NCBI GenBank assembly: GCA_902631265.1
Contig: CACOXX010000004.1
Coordinates: forward strand, 677-64,676
Reading direction: 5' to 3'
Length of the DNA stretch: 64,000 nt
Source: an uncultured Pelagibacteraceae bacterium
GTDB lineage: Bacteria > Pseudomonadota > Alphaproteobacteria > Pelagibacterales > Pelagibacteraceae
Both the position numbers and the translations under genes were made by a program. The notes below the pieces were generated by a model. The model was given only the letters and a program-made list of their open reading frames with translations. It had not been told where the DNA came from and searched no databases. This document shows positions 52,892-63,286 of the stretch, in pieces (within the stretch, counting starts at the first letter, position 1; every line of letters begins with the position of its first letter).

Positions 52892-53536
52892 TTACTGTAT
52901 AGTTTTATTACTAAAGTTATCTTTAAGATAAGTATTAATAATTTGTTCTAATTTTTCTTTTCTATAATTAAGATTCTTTGTTTCCAATAGCATTTGTTTT
53001 TCCTCAAGTGTAAAAGGTGAAGCCATTGCTAAAGTATTAATAGTTTGACTTAAATCTTGTTTTTCGAATTCTTTCCAATTAATTAAATAACCCTGCTTTT
53101 CAAATAATGATCTTAAATTATCAAAGATAAGTCTTAGATCTGAAAATTTAATAGGTTCCTTTTTCTCATTAAGGTCTTGTTCAAAATCCTTATGATCAAC
53201 TTCACACATTCTATACGATTTATCACTTTCAATTTCATTAATAATTTTAAATCTTATCAAGCCATTCAAAATGACTATGTATCTTCCATCATCAGTTTCG
53301 TTAAAACTTGTAATTTTTCCCATACACCCAATTTTAAATAGATCCGGCTTTTTTGTATCCCCAGATTTTTTTGGCTGTATCATTCCAATAATCCTGTCGC
53401 TTTTCATACTGTCGTCTATCATTTGAATATATCTTGGTTCAAAAATATTTAGAGGAGCACTTGTATTCGGAAAAAAAATGAAATTAGATAACGGAAAGAC
53501 AGGTATTTTCTTTGGTAGTTTTGTTTGATTATTCAT
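52892..53536 (-). CDS. LON peptidase substrate-binding (N-terminal) domain protein
   Basis: IPVFPL, PLNIFEPRY, IGCMGKI, DGRY, EKQMLLE. Confidence 0.92.
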   Translation of the reverse strand: MNNQTKLPKKIPVFPLSNFIFFPNTSAPLNIFEPRYIQMIDDSMKSDRIIGMIQPKKSGDTKKPDLFKIGCMGKITSFNETDDGRYIVILNGLIRFKIINEIESDKSYRMCEVDHKDFEQDLNEKKEPIKFSDLRLIFDNLRSLFEKQGYLINWKEFEKQDLSQTINTLAMASPFTLEEKQMLLETKNLNYRKEKLEQIINTYLKDNFSNKTIQ

Positions 53537-53617
53537 AAGTTAATTTTAGCAAAGTGTTTTAAGATTATCTATATTAAAGCTTAAAGAATTCTTAATTTTA
53601 AGCAATCAATTTGTCGC

Positions 53618-53646
53618 TTGCTTAATTTTTAAAAAGCCTTTAACTT
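53618..53646 (+). promoter_or_regulatory. Putative sigma70 promoter of tRNA-Gly
   Basis: TTGCTT-N17-TAACTT, ending 16 nt before the tRNA. Confidence 0.5.
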
Positions 53647-53662
53647 AAAAGTAATTAAATAG

Positions 53663-53737
53663 GCGGGCATAGCTCAGTGGTAGAGCGTCTCGTTGCCAAC
53701 GAGAAGGTCGTGGGTTCAAGTCCCATTGCCCGCTCCA
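53663..53737 (+). tRNA. tRNA-Gly (GCC)
   Basis: Acceptor stem GCGGGCA/TGCCCGC, anticodon arm TCTCG-TTGCCAA-CGAGA, T arm GGTTCAAGTCC, discriminator U, encoded CCA. Confidence 0.97.
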
Positions 53738-53749
53738 TTTTAAGAAATT

Positions 53750-54088
53750 ATGACCGATTTAGCAGAAAAAAAATGTATTCCATGTGAAGGTGGGATTCCG
53801 AGTTTCAAAATTGACGAGATACACAAATATCTAAAAAAAGTTGATGGTTGGGATGTTAAACCCGATGAAAGTAAAAACTATTATCTAATTAAAGAATTTA
53901 AATTTAAAAATTTCCTTGAAAGCCAAGAATTTGTCAACAAAGTTGGAAGTATTGCCGAAACCGAAGGTCATCATCCTGATATTTGGTTTGGTTGGGGATA
54001 TGCAAAAATAAAGATATTTACTCATGCAATAAATGGTTTAGCTGAAAGTGACTTCATACTTGCGGCTAAAATAGATAAAATTTCTTAA
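53750..54088 (+). CDS. Pterin-4-alpha-carbinolamine dehydratase
   Basis: CIPCEGG, AETEGHHPDI, THAINGL..SDFILAAKID. Confidence 0.94.
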   Translation: MTDLAEKKCIPCEGGIPSFKIDEIHKYLKKVDGWDVKPDESKNYYLIKEFKFKNFLESQEFVNKVGSIAETEGHHPDIWFGWGYAKIKIFTHAINGLAESDFILAAKIDKIS

Positions 54089-55632
54089 TGTTTAAAATGT
54101 CTTGTCTTTGAAAAGACAAGAATAGTATTTGTTTTATTTGCAAAATTTATAATTTCTTTATCTCTAATTGATCCACTTGGTTGAATTATAGCCTCAACAC
54201 CAGCTTGAACTAAAGTTTCAATTCCATCTACAAAAGGGAAAAAAGCATCAGATGCAGCTACAATTTTTTCTTTAGTATCAAATCTTTTTAGCTTTTTCAT
54301 TTTACTCACAGCAATCTTGCAGCTATCCAGCCTACTCGGTTGTCCTGATCCTATTCCAATAGTTGCATTATTTTGAGAGATTACTATTGCATTTGATTTT
54401 ACAAATCTACATACATTAAATGTAAACAAAAGATTGTTCAGGATTTCATTTGAAGGTCTAACTTTAGAGACAACTTTAAAGTCACTTCTTTTGAAGATCT
54501 TAGTATCAGAAGATTGCGAAAGAAAATTATTCATAATTGATGTATTTTGTTCAAAATTAAGTTCTTTCAATAAACTAGAGTCAATCAACCTTAAATTTTT
54601 TTTCCTTTTTAATATTTTTAAAGCACCACTTTCAAAACCGTTTGCAACAACTACTTCATAAAACTTGCTTAAAATTTCTTTTGCAACAGTTTTATCAACT
54701 TTATAATTACATGAAATAATACCTCCAAAAGCACTTGTAGGGTCACACTCATATGCTTTAAGATAGCTATTGATTTTTTTTTTATCTAATGCAACTCCAC
54801 AAGGGTTTGCATGTTTGATAATTACTGTCGAATAATCTTTTGTAAATGATTTTGATAAGGATATACCTGTAAATATATCGTTATAATTGTTGTAACTTAA
54901 TTTTTTTCCATTTAGTTGTTTTATATTTATTTCTTTGTTTAAAGAATAAACACTTGCGCCTTGGTGAGGATTTTCCCCATACCTTAAATTTTCAACTAAA
55001 TTTCCACCAATCAATTTCTTTTTTGGTGGTGGAGAGTCATTGTTGGCTTTATTTAAATATTGAGTAATTTTTGTATCGTAATATCCGGTTTCAAGGAAAG
55101 CGTCTCTTGATAATATTTTTCTAAAATTAAGACTTGTTGATCCTCTATATTTGTTCATTTCATTTTGAAGTGCAATATATTGACTTGTGTCTGTAATGAC
55201 TGTTACATCCTCATAATTTTTTGCTGCTGCTCTAACCAAAGTTGGTCCACCAATATCGATATTTTCTATTATTTTTTTATCATTTCCTTTTTTTACAGCC
55301 TCTTCAAAAGGATAAAAATTTACAATAACTAAATCTATCTTCTTGATGTTAATTTTTTTAATTTGTTTTTGATGCCTTTTATTGTTCCTTTTAAATAAGA
55401 TTCCTCCATAAAGTTTTGGGTGTAAGGTTTTTACTCTTCCATCTAATATCTCTGGAGAATTAGTAAAATCACTTATTTCAATACTCTTATAACCAAGTCT
55501 GTTAATTTTTTTATAAGTACCTCCAGAACTTAATATTTCAACTTTAAATTTTTTAAGAACTTTTAAAATTTTTGTAAGTTCAGATTTGTCAGAAACTGAA
55601 ATTAGAGCTCGATTAACTTTTTTTAAATTCAT
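54085..55632 (-). CDS. purH: Bifunctional AICAR transformylase/IMP cyclohydrolase
   Basis: ALISVSDK, GRVKTLHP, IDIGGP, LRYGENPHQ, SDAFFPF, RHFKH. Confidence 0.98.
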   Translation of the reverse strand: MNLKKVNRALISVSDKSELTKILKVLKKFKVEILSSGGTYKKINRLGYKSIEISDFTNSPEILDGRVKTLHPKLYGGILFKRNNKRHQKQIKKINIKKIDLVIVNFYPFEEAVKKGNDKKIIENIDIGGPTLVRAAAKNYEDVTVITDTSQYIALQNEMNKYRGSTSLNFRKILSRDAFLETGYYDTKITQYLNKANNDSPPPKKKLIGGNLVENLRYGENPHQGASVYSLNKEINIKQLNGKKLSYNNYNDIFTGISLSKSFTKDYSTVIIKHANPCGVALDKKKINSYLKAYECDPTSAFGGIISCNYKVDKTVAKEILSKFYEVVVANGFESGALKILKRKKNLRLIDSSLLKELNFEQNTSIMNNFLSQSSDTKIFKRSDFKVVSKVRPSNEILNNLLFTFNVCRFVKSNAIVISQNNATIGIGSGQPSRLDSCKIAVSKMKKLKRFDTKEKIVAASDAFFPFVDGIETLVQAGVEAIIQPSGSIRDKEIINFANKTNTILVFSKTRHFKH

Positions 55633-57254
55633 ATTTTTTCAATCGACCAATTTATTTCTTCCTCTTCATTCGAGATAAATCCATTAATAAATATATTTAG
55701 ATTTTCTGAAAAAGAGTTTTTTCTCCCAAAATAAAGACCTTTTTCAATATCAAAAATTTCTTTATCACATGTAAACTTCCAACCAGATTTTTTCAGTTGT
55801 ATTAATATAGATTTTTGATCTTGTGTTTTAATTGCATTTGTGCCGGGCATAAGATGAAATCGAATTTCATATTCTAAATTTTGAAAGCCTCTTTTGGATA
55901 TAATTTTATCAGTTCCTATAAACTTGTTTTTATTTTTGAAAAAAGTAAGATCCCTTTGAATATTAAGGCCATATTTTTTTTGGTAACCATCATGTTTTGC
56001 TGAGATATGCCACTTATCTTGATCATCCTCTATTTTTTTATCGAATATTTTTAAGTTAGTTTTTAGATAATTTTGACCATTAGGATTTTTTGTAAAAGAA
56101 CATGAAGAACTATCATCAATTGAAATAGCTGAATGTGATGCCGTTGATTTTGAAATAACATTTAATTTATGTTTAAAATCTTGATAGTATCCACAATTAG
56201 TAATGAGTTTTTCATTGTCATAAAAAAATTCAAAAGATAATGCCCCAGATTGATATTCTGATGAGTTTTTCTTTTCTGGGGATGAACCAACATCCATAGC
56301 TAAACAATTTTTTTTATACGAGAGAATTGCGTAACCACCTAAATTATTTAAGTTATTTTTAAATTTATAGTCATGGATTTTAAGAAAATTTTGAAAATCA
56401 CGGTTATTTATTTCTTGATTACCATTAAATAAAAATTTCTTTTCATTTTCTCTAAAGAAAAATGCATAACATTTTCCTAAGTAATAGATAATTTCATTTA
56501 GATGTTCAGGAATTTCATTCTGTGAGTCTCTAAGAAGTTCCCTTATAAATATCAAATACTTCATGTAAAAAAGTAGTTGTCTTGGACTTCTAGATTTTGG
56601 GAATCCATCTAATTCAAAAGATGAATTAATAATTTTTTTTAACAAATTTAGTCCAAAGTCTAGATATTTTGTTTGGCCATTAAAAGATAAACTGGCAAGA
56701 ATTATCGCAGCACACCCCAACATTTTGTCGTTTAAAGTTGAAGAGTTATCAATCTCATTAATTAAATGATTTACTTGTTTTTTAATGTTTCTAGAAAATA
56801 AAATTTTATAATTTTCTGTCGCGTTTTCATAAGTAATCTGACTATTAGCAATCCATGAAATAATTCTTTTTGCCAAGGTATCTGTTTCCCAACTTTTTGG
56901 TGAATAGCTTTCATAATTTCCAATCCAGTTTGATATTATATTTTGAGTAATTTTTTTTGACGATTTTAAGTTGATTGTAAATAACCAATAAAAACTATGA
57001 ATCTTTTTAAAATCTTTATCATTAAGGTCAATTTTGTTCCAAACATCTTCAAGACTAAAATCTTCAATTCTAAAATTCCTCTCTTTTGATTTAATAATAC
57101 AATTTAGTAAACTCAAATTTGGAACATAATTCAAGCCTCCGTCAAATACTCGAGATATCTTCCGGTTATAAATATTTGAGTTGAGATATATTTTTCTAAT
57201 TTGTTTATAAAGATAAGATAGAGAATTATTTAAAAATTTTTCTTTAGCTATCAT
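55629..57254 (-). CDS. Heparinase II/III family-like protein
   Basis: SRSP, LFNG, GALSFE, NCG, STASHS, HDGY, IRFHL; conserved neighbour of purH in Alphaproteobacteria. Confidence 0.8.
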   Translation of the reverse strand: MIAKEKFLNNSLSYLYKQIRKIYLNSNIYNRKISRVFDGGLNYVPNLSLLNCIIKSKERNFRIEDFSLEDVWNKIDLNDKDFKKIHSFYWLFTINLKSSKKITQNIISNWIGNYESYSPKSWETDTLAKRIISWIANSQITYENATENYKILFSRNIKKQVNHLINEIDNSSTLNDKMLGCAAIILASLSFNGQTKYLDFGLNLLKKIINSSFELDGFPKSRSPRQLLFYMKYLIFIRELLRDSQNEIPEHLNEIIYYLGKCYAFFFRENEKKFLFNGNQEINNRDFQNFLKIHDYKFKNNLNNLGGYAILSYKKNCLAMDVGSSPEKKNSSEYQSGALSFEFFYDNEKLITNCGYYQDFKHKLNVISKSTASHSAISIDDSSSCSFTKNPNGQNYLKTNLKIFDKKIEDDQDKWHISAKHDGYQKKYGLNIQRDLTFFKNKNKFIGTDKIISKRGFQNLEYEIRFHLMPGTNAIKTQDQKSILIQLKKSGWKFTCDKEIFDIEKGLYFGRKNSFSENLNIFINGFISNEEEEINWSIEKI

Positions 57255-57260
57255 GATAAA

Positions 57261-57920
57261 TCAAATCGATTTAAGAAAATCTATATTCTTTTTTATATCT
57301 CCATTGTTCTCTTTAAAAATTGTAGTCCCTGATACCAAGACATTTGCTCCAGCATCAATTACTGATTTGAAATTTGAAAAATTAATTCCACCATCAACTT
57401 CAATATCAAAATTTAATTTTCTTTTATCCTTTAAATCTTTTAAGCTTTTAATTTTGTCTAAAACATCAGAGATAAATTTTTGACCTCCAAAACCTGGGTA
57501 AACACTCATGATAAGTATTAAGTCTACCTTATCCAAATAATTTTCAACAATATCAATTTTAGTATCTGGGTTTAAAGATATACCAACCTTTTTTTTAAAA
57601 CTTCTGATTTCATCGATGGTCTCTTGCAAATTAGGAGTAGCCTCTGGATGAATTGTAATAATATCTGCCCCTGCGTTTGCAAAATCCTTTATATATTTAT
57701 GAACTGGACTAATCATTAAATGAACGTCAAATGGAAGTGAAGTTTTGCTTCTAAGAGCTTTTATAACAGGTGGTCCAATAGTTATATTTGGTACAAAGTG
57801 ACCATCCATCACATCTACATGAATCATGTCAGCTCCAGCTGTTTCGAGTTTTTTAATATCTTTTTCCAAATTGCTGAAATCAGCTGAAAGAATTGATGGA
57901 GATATTTGAATTTTTTTCAT
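57261..57920 (-). CDS. rpe: Ribulose-phosphate 3-epimerase
   Basis: SPSILSADF, HVDVMDGHFVPN, DVHLM, PGFGGQ, VDGGI. Confidence 0.98.
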   Translation of the reverse strand: MKKIQISPSILSADFSNLEKDIKKLETAGADMIHVDVMDGHFVPNITIGPPVIKALRSKTSLPFDVHLMISPVHKYIKDFANAGADIITIHPEATPNLQETIDEIRSFKKKVGISLNPDTKIDIVENYLDKVDLILIMSVYPGFGGQKFISDVLDKIKSLKDLKDKRKLNFDIEVDGGINFSNFKSVIDAGANVLVSGTTIFKENNGDIKKNIDFLKSI

Positions 57921-57963
57921 TGATACTTAGAATACTAGTATCAATTTTTGTTTTTTTTTTGAA

Positions 57964-58314
57964 TCAATTTTTACCGAAAATTTGGTAAATCTGAATAGCA
58001 ATTTCACTTTCTAATGGAAAAGACAACATTCCCATTACAGAATACCCCAACAGGTAAGGCATTAAGTAAAATCTAAACATATAGAAGAACCAAGCAACAT
58101 AAAGTGGCACCAAAGGTTTTATAATGAAGGATGGAGTGATAAAAGCAAATATCCTTATAAACGGATCAGTCATCTTCACAAATATCCTCATAAAGAAGAA
58201 ATTTGAGTCTTCCCTTTGAAATATATTCATCGCAACTCTTCCAATTAGTGTCCACATAATTACGCCCATGACGTAATCGATTAAATAAACCATTGGATGA
58301 AAGTTTGCGTACAT
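57964..58314 (-). CDS. Small membrane protein, YggT-like, unknown function
   Basis: Hydrophobic; SNFFMRIFVKMTDP resembles the YGGT core; co-directional downstream of the symporter. Confidence 0.65.
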   Translation of the reverse strand: MYANFHPMVYLIDYVMGVIMWTLIGRVAMNIFQREDSNFFFMRIFVKMTDPFIRIFAFITPSFIIKPLVPLYVAWFFYMFRFYLMPYLLGYSVMGMLSFPLESEIAIQIYQIFGKN

Positions 58315-58320
58315 GAGTTT

Positions 58321-58353
58321 AAAAAGATTGAAGGGGCGAAAATTCGCCCCTTC
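58321..58353 (-). terminator. GC-rich hairpin after the symporter gene (terminator or mRNA-stabilising stem)
   Basis: GAAGGGGCGA-4 nt loop-TCGCCCCTTC 10-bp stem, followed on the minus strand by AATCTTTTT (interrupted U tract). Confidence 0.75.
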
Positions 58354-58365
58354 GAAAGTAATTAT

Positions 58366-60186
58366 TTAGTGTTGTTTACCAAGTATCGCTTTACCGCTAG
58401 GTACTCGTACTTCGTCAACCATTCTTTGAGTAGCAGCATCAGGTGCTTTAGTCATCAAGCTGACTACCACCATTAATACTAAGCTTACTAAAGATCCAAC
58501 AATACCAAATGTTAATTGAGTAACTCCCCAGAATCCAGGGTAACCACTTCTTACAGCAATTAGATATGCTGAACCAGCGATTAAACCACCTAACATTCCA
58601 GCGACTGCTCCTTGAGCATTAGCTCTCTTCCACCATACTCCTAATACAAGTGGGAAGAACAATCCTGACATCGCAAAGTCAAAAGCCCAGATGACTGAAC
58701 CTAAGATACCTTGAATCTCAAGAGCTGCAATTGTTGCTCCTGCAAAACCAATTAATACAAGTAATACCCTTGCAACGATAAGTCTTTTCGCTGTCTCTGC
58801 TCTTGGGTTAATCATCTTGTAGTAAATATCATGCGATAGAGCATTTGATATCGCTAACACTAATCCGTCAGCTGTTGACATGGCAGCAGCCATACCTCCA
58901 GCAGCAACTAGGCCAGAAATTACATATGGTAATCCTGCTATCTCTGGAGTAGCCAATACAACGGCTTTACCACCCATGAAAAACTCGTTTAATTCAAGTG
59001 TTCCATTTCCGTTAAAGTCGCTTACAAACATTAAGTTTGCTTGGTTCCAGTTTTGATACCAGTCAATCGCTTGAACTTCAGAGATTGATTTACCAATAAT
59101 TCCAGTAGCTAAGTTTGGATCCATTAGTGATAGTTTAGACAAAGTCGCTAACATTGGTGCTGAAGAGTATAGTAGGAATATAAAGAATAGTGACCAACCT
59201 ACTGATCTTCTTGCAGCTTTCACACTTGGAGTTGTGAAATATCTCATCATAACGTGTGGTAATGAAGCTGTTCCAGCCATCATACAAACTGCTAATGAAA
59301 TAAATTTCCAAGGTGTTGTGTTAACTTCTGCGTGCGCTTTAGTTATACCAGATAGTCCTTTTGGAACCTGTTTTAGGTCAGCTGCAGAGTTTTTAACTTC
59401 GCCAAGACCAAACTGAGCTTCTAACTCAGCGATCCTTGCTACTTCATCTGCTAACATTAGGTGTGGAAATACTCCTGCACCCATTTTGTTACTGATCCAG
59501 AAAACTGGTAACAAGTATGCTATAATCAGTACAATGTACTGAGCAACTTGCGTCCAAGTAACTGCTCTCATTCCACCAAGCATTGAACACATCAATATAC
59601 TTGCAAGACCAACGTACACAGCAATCTCGAAAGGAATATCAAGTGCAACTGATGCAATTGTTCCTGTCGCATTTATCTGCGCAGTCACGTATGTGAATGA
59701 TGCAACTGTTAAGACTATTACCGCAGATAGTCTAGCCATGTTTCCACCATATCTAGTTCCGATAAAATCTGGAACTGTGTAGCAACCAAACTTTCTCAAG
59801 TATGGTGCTAATAGCGAAGCAACTAGAACGTATCCACCCGTCCAACCAACAAGCAATGCCATATAGCCGTAACCTTTGAAGTAAATTCCCCCAGCCATTG
59901 CAACGAATGAAGCACCAGACATCCAGTCTGCTGCAGTAGCCATTCCGTTGAATACTGTTGGAACCTGTCTTCCAGCTACGTAATATGCATCTGTTTGCAT
60001 TGTACGTGATAGGTAACCAATTAACGCATAAATTAAAACTGTGAACGCAACAAAGAAAATACCAATTAACTTCGCTGACATTCCAGCTTGTTCAGCAATC
60101 GCCATTAAGATTATGAAAACAATAAACCCGCCGGTATATGTTCCATAAATCTTAGGAAGATTGTCTATAAATTTACCTTTAAACAT
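58366..60186 (-). CDS. Sodium:solute symporter, ActP-related (VC_2705 subfamily), probable acetate/monocarboxylate uptake
   Basis: NGMATAADWMSGASF, GGMRAVTWTQVAQY, GTASLPH, AAMSTADGL; near acs; high-expression codon usage. Confidence 0.9.
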   Translation of the reverse strand: MFKGKFIDNLPKIYGTYTGGFIVFIILMAIAEQAGMSAKLIGIFFVAFTVLIYALIGYLSRTMQTDAYYVAGRQVPTVFNGMATAADWMSGASFVAMAGGIYFKGYGYMALLVGWTGGYVLVASLLAPYLRKFGCYTVPDFIGTRYGGNMARLSAVIVLTVASFTYVTAQINATGTIASVALDIPFEIAVYVGLASILMCSMLGGMRAVTWTQVAQYIVLIIAYLLPVFWISNKMGAGVFPHLMLADEVARIAELEAQFGLGEVKNSAADLKQVPKGLSGITKAHAEVNTTPWKFISLAVCMMAGTASLPHVMMRYFTTPSVKAARRSVGWSLFFIFLLYSSAPMLATLSKLSLMDPNLATGIIGKSISEVQAIDWYQNWNQANLMFVSDFNGNGTLELNEFFMGGKAVVLATPEIAGLPYVISGLVAAGGMAAAMSTADGLVLAISNALSHDIYYKMINPRAETAKRLIVARVLLVLIGFAGATIAALEIQGILGSVIWAFDFAMSGLFFPLVLGVWWKRANAQGAVAGMLGGLIAGSAYLIAVRSGYPGFWGVTQLTFGIVGSLVSLVLMVVVSLMTKAPDAATQRMVDEVRVPSGKAILGKQH

Positions 60187-60449
60187 TAGTCATCCTCTCT
60201 TTCAGTGTAGCCGAACTCTTCGTCAATTTTTTCTTGTCTATTCGCAAACCAGAAAATCAGTATTACGAAAATTCCAAGAGAACCTTGACATGTCATGTAA
60301 TAAGACAACGGATATCCAAGCGGTCTTATTGATGACGCTTCCATCTCGGCGCCGAAGAAAAAGATGCCAATAGAGAAAACAAACCAGATTGCTAACGTTA
60401 CGAATAGCAACATCCTAGTTTTTTCCCAGTGTTGTTGTTGTTTTGACAT
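60186..60449 (-). CDS. DUF4212 small subunit of the solute symporter (start moved to ATG 60449)
   Basis: HW..T...L.IWF, GYPLSYYMTCQGS, IDEEFG; GGGAGG Shine-Dalgarno; TAATG overlap with the symporter. Confidence 0.88.
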   Translation of the reverse strand: MSKQQQHWEKTRMLLFVTLAIWFVFSIGIFFFGAEMEASSIRPLGYPLSYYMTCQGSLGIFVILIFWFANRQEKIDEEFGYTEREDD

Positions 60450-60571
60450 TTTTTTTCCCTCCCTATAGGTTAAAAGACGAAACATTACCCAAAATGGCAT
60501 AGATTGGAACCCCTAAAAATGTTACAATTGAGTGCGTTTTTACACAATTAGACAACTTGAAGTAGAAATTT

Positions 60572-61195
60572 ATGCTAAAATACAAATTCAATCTAAAAGA
60601 TATAAGTCTCGCTGATTTTAAACTCTATTTAGGAGCAATGTTTAAAGCAGTGCTCCCTAAGAGCAAATTGAGGAATTTGGATGACCTAAAAAAATTTATT
60701 CAACAAAAATCAGCTTGGGTAACACAAGTTACACTTTATAATTATTTAAAAACCAGAATGGGAACAAGATATGTTTTACATTTTGATAATGAAGTTTTTT
60801 TATCTTCAATAAATAAAGCTAAATGGAATATTTATTATGTGGCCCTTCAAGATCTTACTTTTTATAGCTTCTCGTATTTAAATTATTATTTTAAATATGA
60901 GGACACAGCAAAATCAAAAATGATTTATGAGGAGATCTTGCACGATGAACTTAAGAATGGCATGCCTGATGATATAATTGCAAAAGGTAAAGCTACTTTT
61001 GATAAAAGACTTTCAGAAATTGATTGGAAAAAATATTTTAGCTCTTTGCCATTCAATAAGAGCGCTTTAGCTTTGTACGAGTGGGCGCCAATTGCTGAAG
61101 AACTAAAAACTTTGGATAGAAAAATTGTTTTGAACTCTATGATACTGAAGTGGGATAATATCAAAGAAGAATTCGAAAAGAGAATTAATTTTTAA
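60572..61195 (+). CDS. Hypothetical protein in the acetate locus
   Basis: 207-aa ORF fills the gap between DUF4212 and acs; helical, aromatic-rich; no catalytic motif recognised. Confidence 0.8.
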   Translation: MLKYKFNLKDISLADFKLYLGAMFKAVLPKSKLRNLDDLKKFIQQKSAWVTQVTLYNYLKTRMGTRYVLHFDNEVFLSSINKAKWNIYYVALQDLTFYSFSYLNYYFKYEDTAKSKMIYEEILHDELKNGMPDDIIAKGKATFDKRLSEIDWKKYFSSLPFNKSALALYEWAPIAEELKTLDRKIVLNSMILKWDNIKEEFEKRINF

Positions 61196-63285
61196 ATATT
61201 TTTTCTTTCGTCAACAAGACTTTTTACAACACTAGGATCTGCCAACGTTGTAGTATCACCAAGTTGATCATGTTCATTTGCTGCTATCTTACGTAAGATT
61301 CTTCTCATTATTTTTCCAGATCTAGTTTTTGGAAGTCCTGGTGAAAAATGAATTATATCAGGTGTTGCTATCGGTCCAATTTGTTTTCTTACCCAAAGCT
61401 TCAAATCTCTTTCCAAATCACCATCAGGATTTTCACCCACATTAAGGGTCACGTAACAGTACAAACCATTTCCTTTAATGTCATGAGGATAACCCACAAC
61501 TGCAGCCTCTGCTACTTTTGGATGAGCCACGAAAGCACTTTCTATTTCTGCAGTACCAAGGTTATGACCCGATACAATAATAACATCGTCAACTCTTCCT
61601 GTTATCCAATAATATCCGTCTTTGTCTCTTCGACACCCATCACCAGTAAAATATTTTCCATCAAATTGAGAAAAGTATGTTTCAATAAATCTATTGTGGT
61701 CTCCATAAACAGTTCTCATTTGTCCTGGCCATGATTGAGCAATACATAATCTACCTTGGGCTTCACCTTTTAAAACATTTCCATCTTTATCAACTATTAC
61801 AGGTTTTATTCCATAGAAAGGTTTAGTTGCTGAACCTGGTTTAAGATCTATTGCACCAGTCTGTGGGCTAATCAATATACCACCTGTTTCTGTTTGCCAC
61901 CAAGTATCAACAATTGGACACTTACTATCACCAACTGTTTTATAATACCATTCCCATGCTTCGGGATTAATTGGTTCTCCTACAGTTCCTAAAAGTTTTA
62001 AGCTTTTTCTGGAAGTTTTTTTAACAGGTCCTTCTCCTTCTCTCATCAAAGCTCTAATTGCGGTAGGAGCTGTATAAAAAATGTTAACTTTATATTTATC
62101 AACAATTTGCCACCACCTTGAGCTGTCAGGATAAGTTGGAATTCCTTCAAACATTATTGTTGTTGCTCCATTAGCTAAAGGTCCATAAATGATATAACTA
62201 TGTCCTGTGATCCAACCAATGTCTGCGGTACACCAATAAATATCTTTTTGTTTATAATTGAATATATACTGATGAGTCATCGAGGCATACACCATATAAC
62301 CACCTGTAGTATGAAGCACACCTTTAGGCTTACCAGTGGAACCAGATGTGTATAGAATGAAAAGAGGATCTTCCGCATTCATTTCCTCAGGTTCACACAC
62401 AGCAGGAACATTTTTTGTTATGTCATGATACCAGACATCTCTATCCTCATTCCAATTAATTCTATTTCCTGTTCTTTTAACAACAACACATTTTTTAACA
62501 TTGGTGCAACTCAACAAAGCTTCATCTGTTATTTCTTTTAACGGAATTGTTTTTCCACCTCTGACCCCCTCATCAGCAGTCACAACATAATCTGAATTAC
62601 AGTCATTAATTCTGCCTGCAATACTGTCGGGTGAAAATCCGCCAAAAATTATTGAGTGTATTGCACCAATTCTTGCACATGCTAGCATCGTGTATGCAAG
62701 CTCCGGTATCATAGTTAAATAAATCGTTACTCTATCGCCTTTTTTTACACCAATATTTTTTAACCCGTTTGCAATTTTAGATACTTCCGTATGGAGTTGC
62801 TTGTAACTAATTTTCTTTTGAACTTTTGGATCATCTCCAACCCAAACTATTGCAGTCTTATCTTTATTATTTTTAAGATGTCTATCTATACAGTTTGCCG
62901 AAGCATTAAGAGTTCCATCATAAAACCATTTAATATGTACATCAGATTTACTGTACTTAACGTCTTTGATCTTAGAATATGGCTTAATCCAACTTATTCT
63001 CTTTCCTTCTTTTCTCCAAAAGGAGTCATTTTCTTTTAAAGATTGATTGTATTTCTTTTCATACAAGCTTTTTGTAACTAACGCTTTTTTAATCCATTCA
63101 GATTTTGTCTTATAAATTTTTTCATTATCATCTATTGTTTTGCTGACCGACGATTTCGTTTTTCTTTTTTTAGATTTTAAGGACTTTCTTTTTTTGGATC
63201 TTCGTAAAACTTTTCTCTTCTTTTTTACAGGTTTTCTTTTTTTAGTTTTTTTACCCTTTTTCTTTTTTCTAGTTTTTTTTGGCAT
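61192..63285 (-). CDS. acs: Acetyl-CoA synthetase with highly basic N-terminal extension
   Basis: [42 protein letters not shown] (acetylation-site Lys). Confidence 0.97.
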   Translation of the reverse strand: MPKKTRKKKKGKKTKKRKPVKKKRKVLRRSKKRKSLKSKKRKTKSSVSKTIDDNEKIYKTKSEWIKKALVTKSLYEKKYNQSLKENDSFWRKEGKRISWIKPYSKIKDVKYSKSDVHIKWFYDGTLNASANCIDRHLKNNKDKTAIVWVGDDPKVQKKISYKQLHTEVSKIANGLKNIGVKKGDRVTIYLTMIPELAYTMLACARIGAIHSIIFGGFSPDSIAGRINDCNSDYVVTADEGVRGGKTIPLKEITDEALLSCTNVKKCVVVKRTGNRINWNEDRDVWYHDITKNVPAVCEPEEMNAEDPLFILYTSGSTGKPKGVLHTTGGYMVYASMTHQYIFNYKQKDIYWCTADIGWITGHSYIIYGPLANGATTIMFEGIPTYPDSSRWWQIVDKYKVNIFYTAPTAIRALMREGEGPVKKTSRKSLKLLGTVGEPINPEAWEWYYKTVGDSKCPIVDTWWQTETGGILISPQTGAIDLKPGSATKPFYGIKPVIVDKDGNVLKGEAQGRLCIAQSWPGQMRTVYGDHNRFIETYFSQFDGKYFTGDGCRRDKDGYYWITGRVDDVIIVSGHNLGTAEIESAFVAHPKVAEAAVVGYPHDIKGNGLYCYVTLNVGENPDGDLERDLKLWVRKQIGPIATPDIIHFSPGLPKTRSGKIMRRILRKIAANEHDQLGDTTTLADPSVVKSLVDERKNI

Positions 63286-63286
63286 G

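Noticed and set aside
53598-53625. Inverted repeat TTAAGCAA-N12-TTGCTTAA upstream of the tRNA
   Set aside because: Explained by back-to-back TTGCTT -35 elements of two divergent promoters.
53663-54088. tRNA-Gly as an integration site for an island
   Set aside because: No integrase and no duplicated tRNA 3' end seen. Only a pterin dehydratase separates it from purH.
55629-57254. Heparinase II/III-like gene as a glycan-degradation island
   Set aside because: Conserved purH neighbour in Alphaproteobacteria, with no signal peptide or associated catabolic genes.
1243-63039. Many 60-160 aa ORFs antisense to or overlapping core genes (e.g. 11577..12065, 50700..51113, 61348..61734)
   Set aside because: Shadow frames of well-supported genes, with no recognisable motifs.
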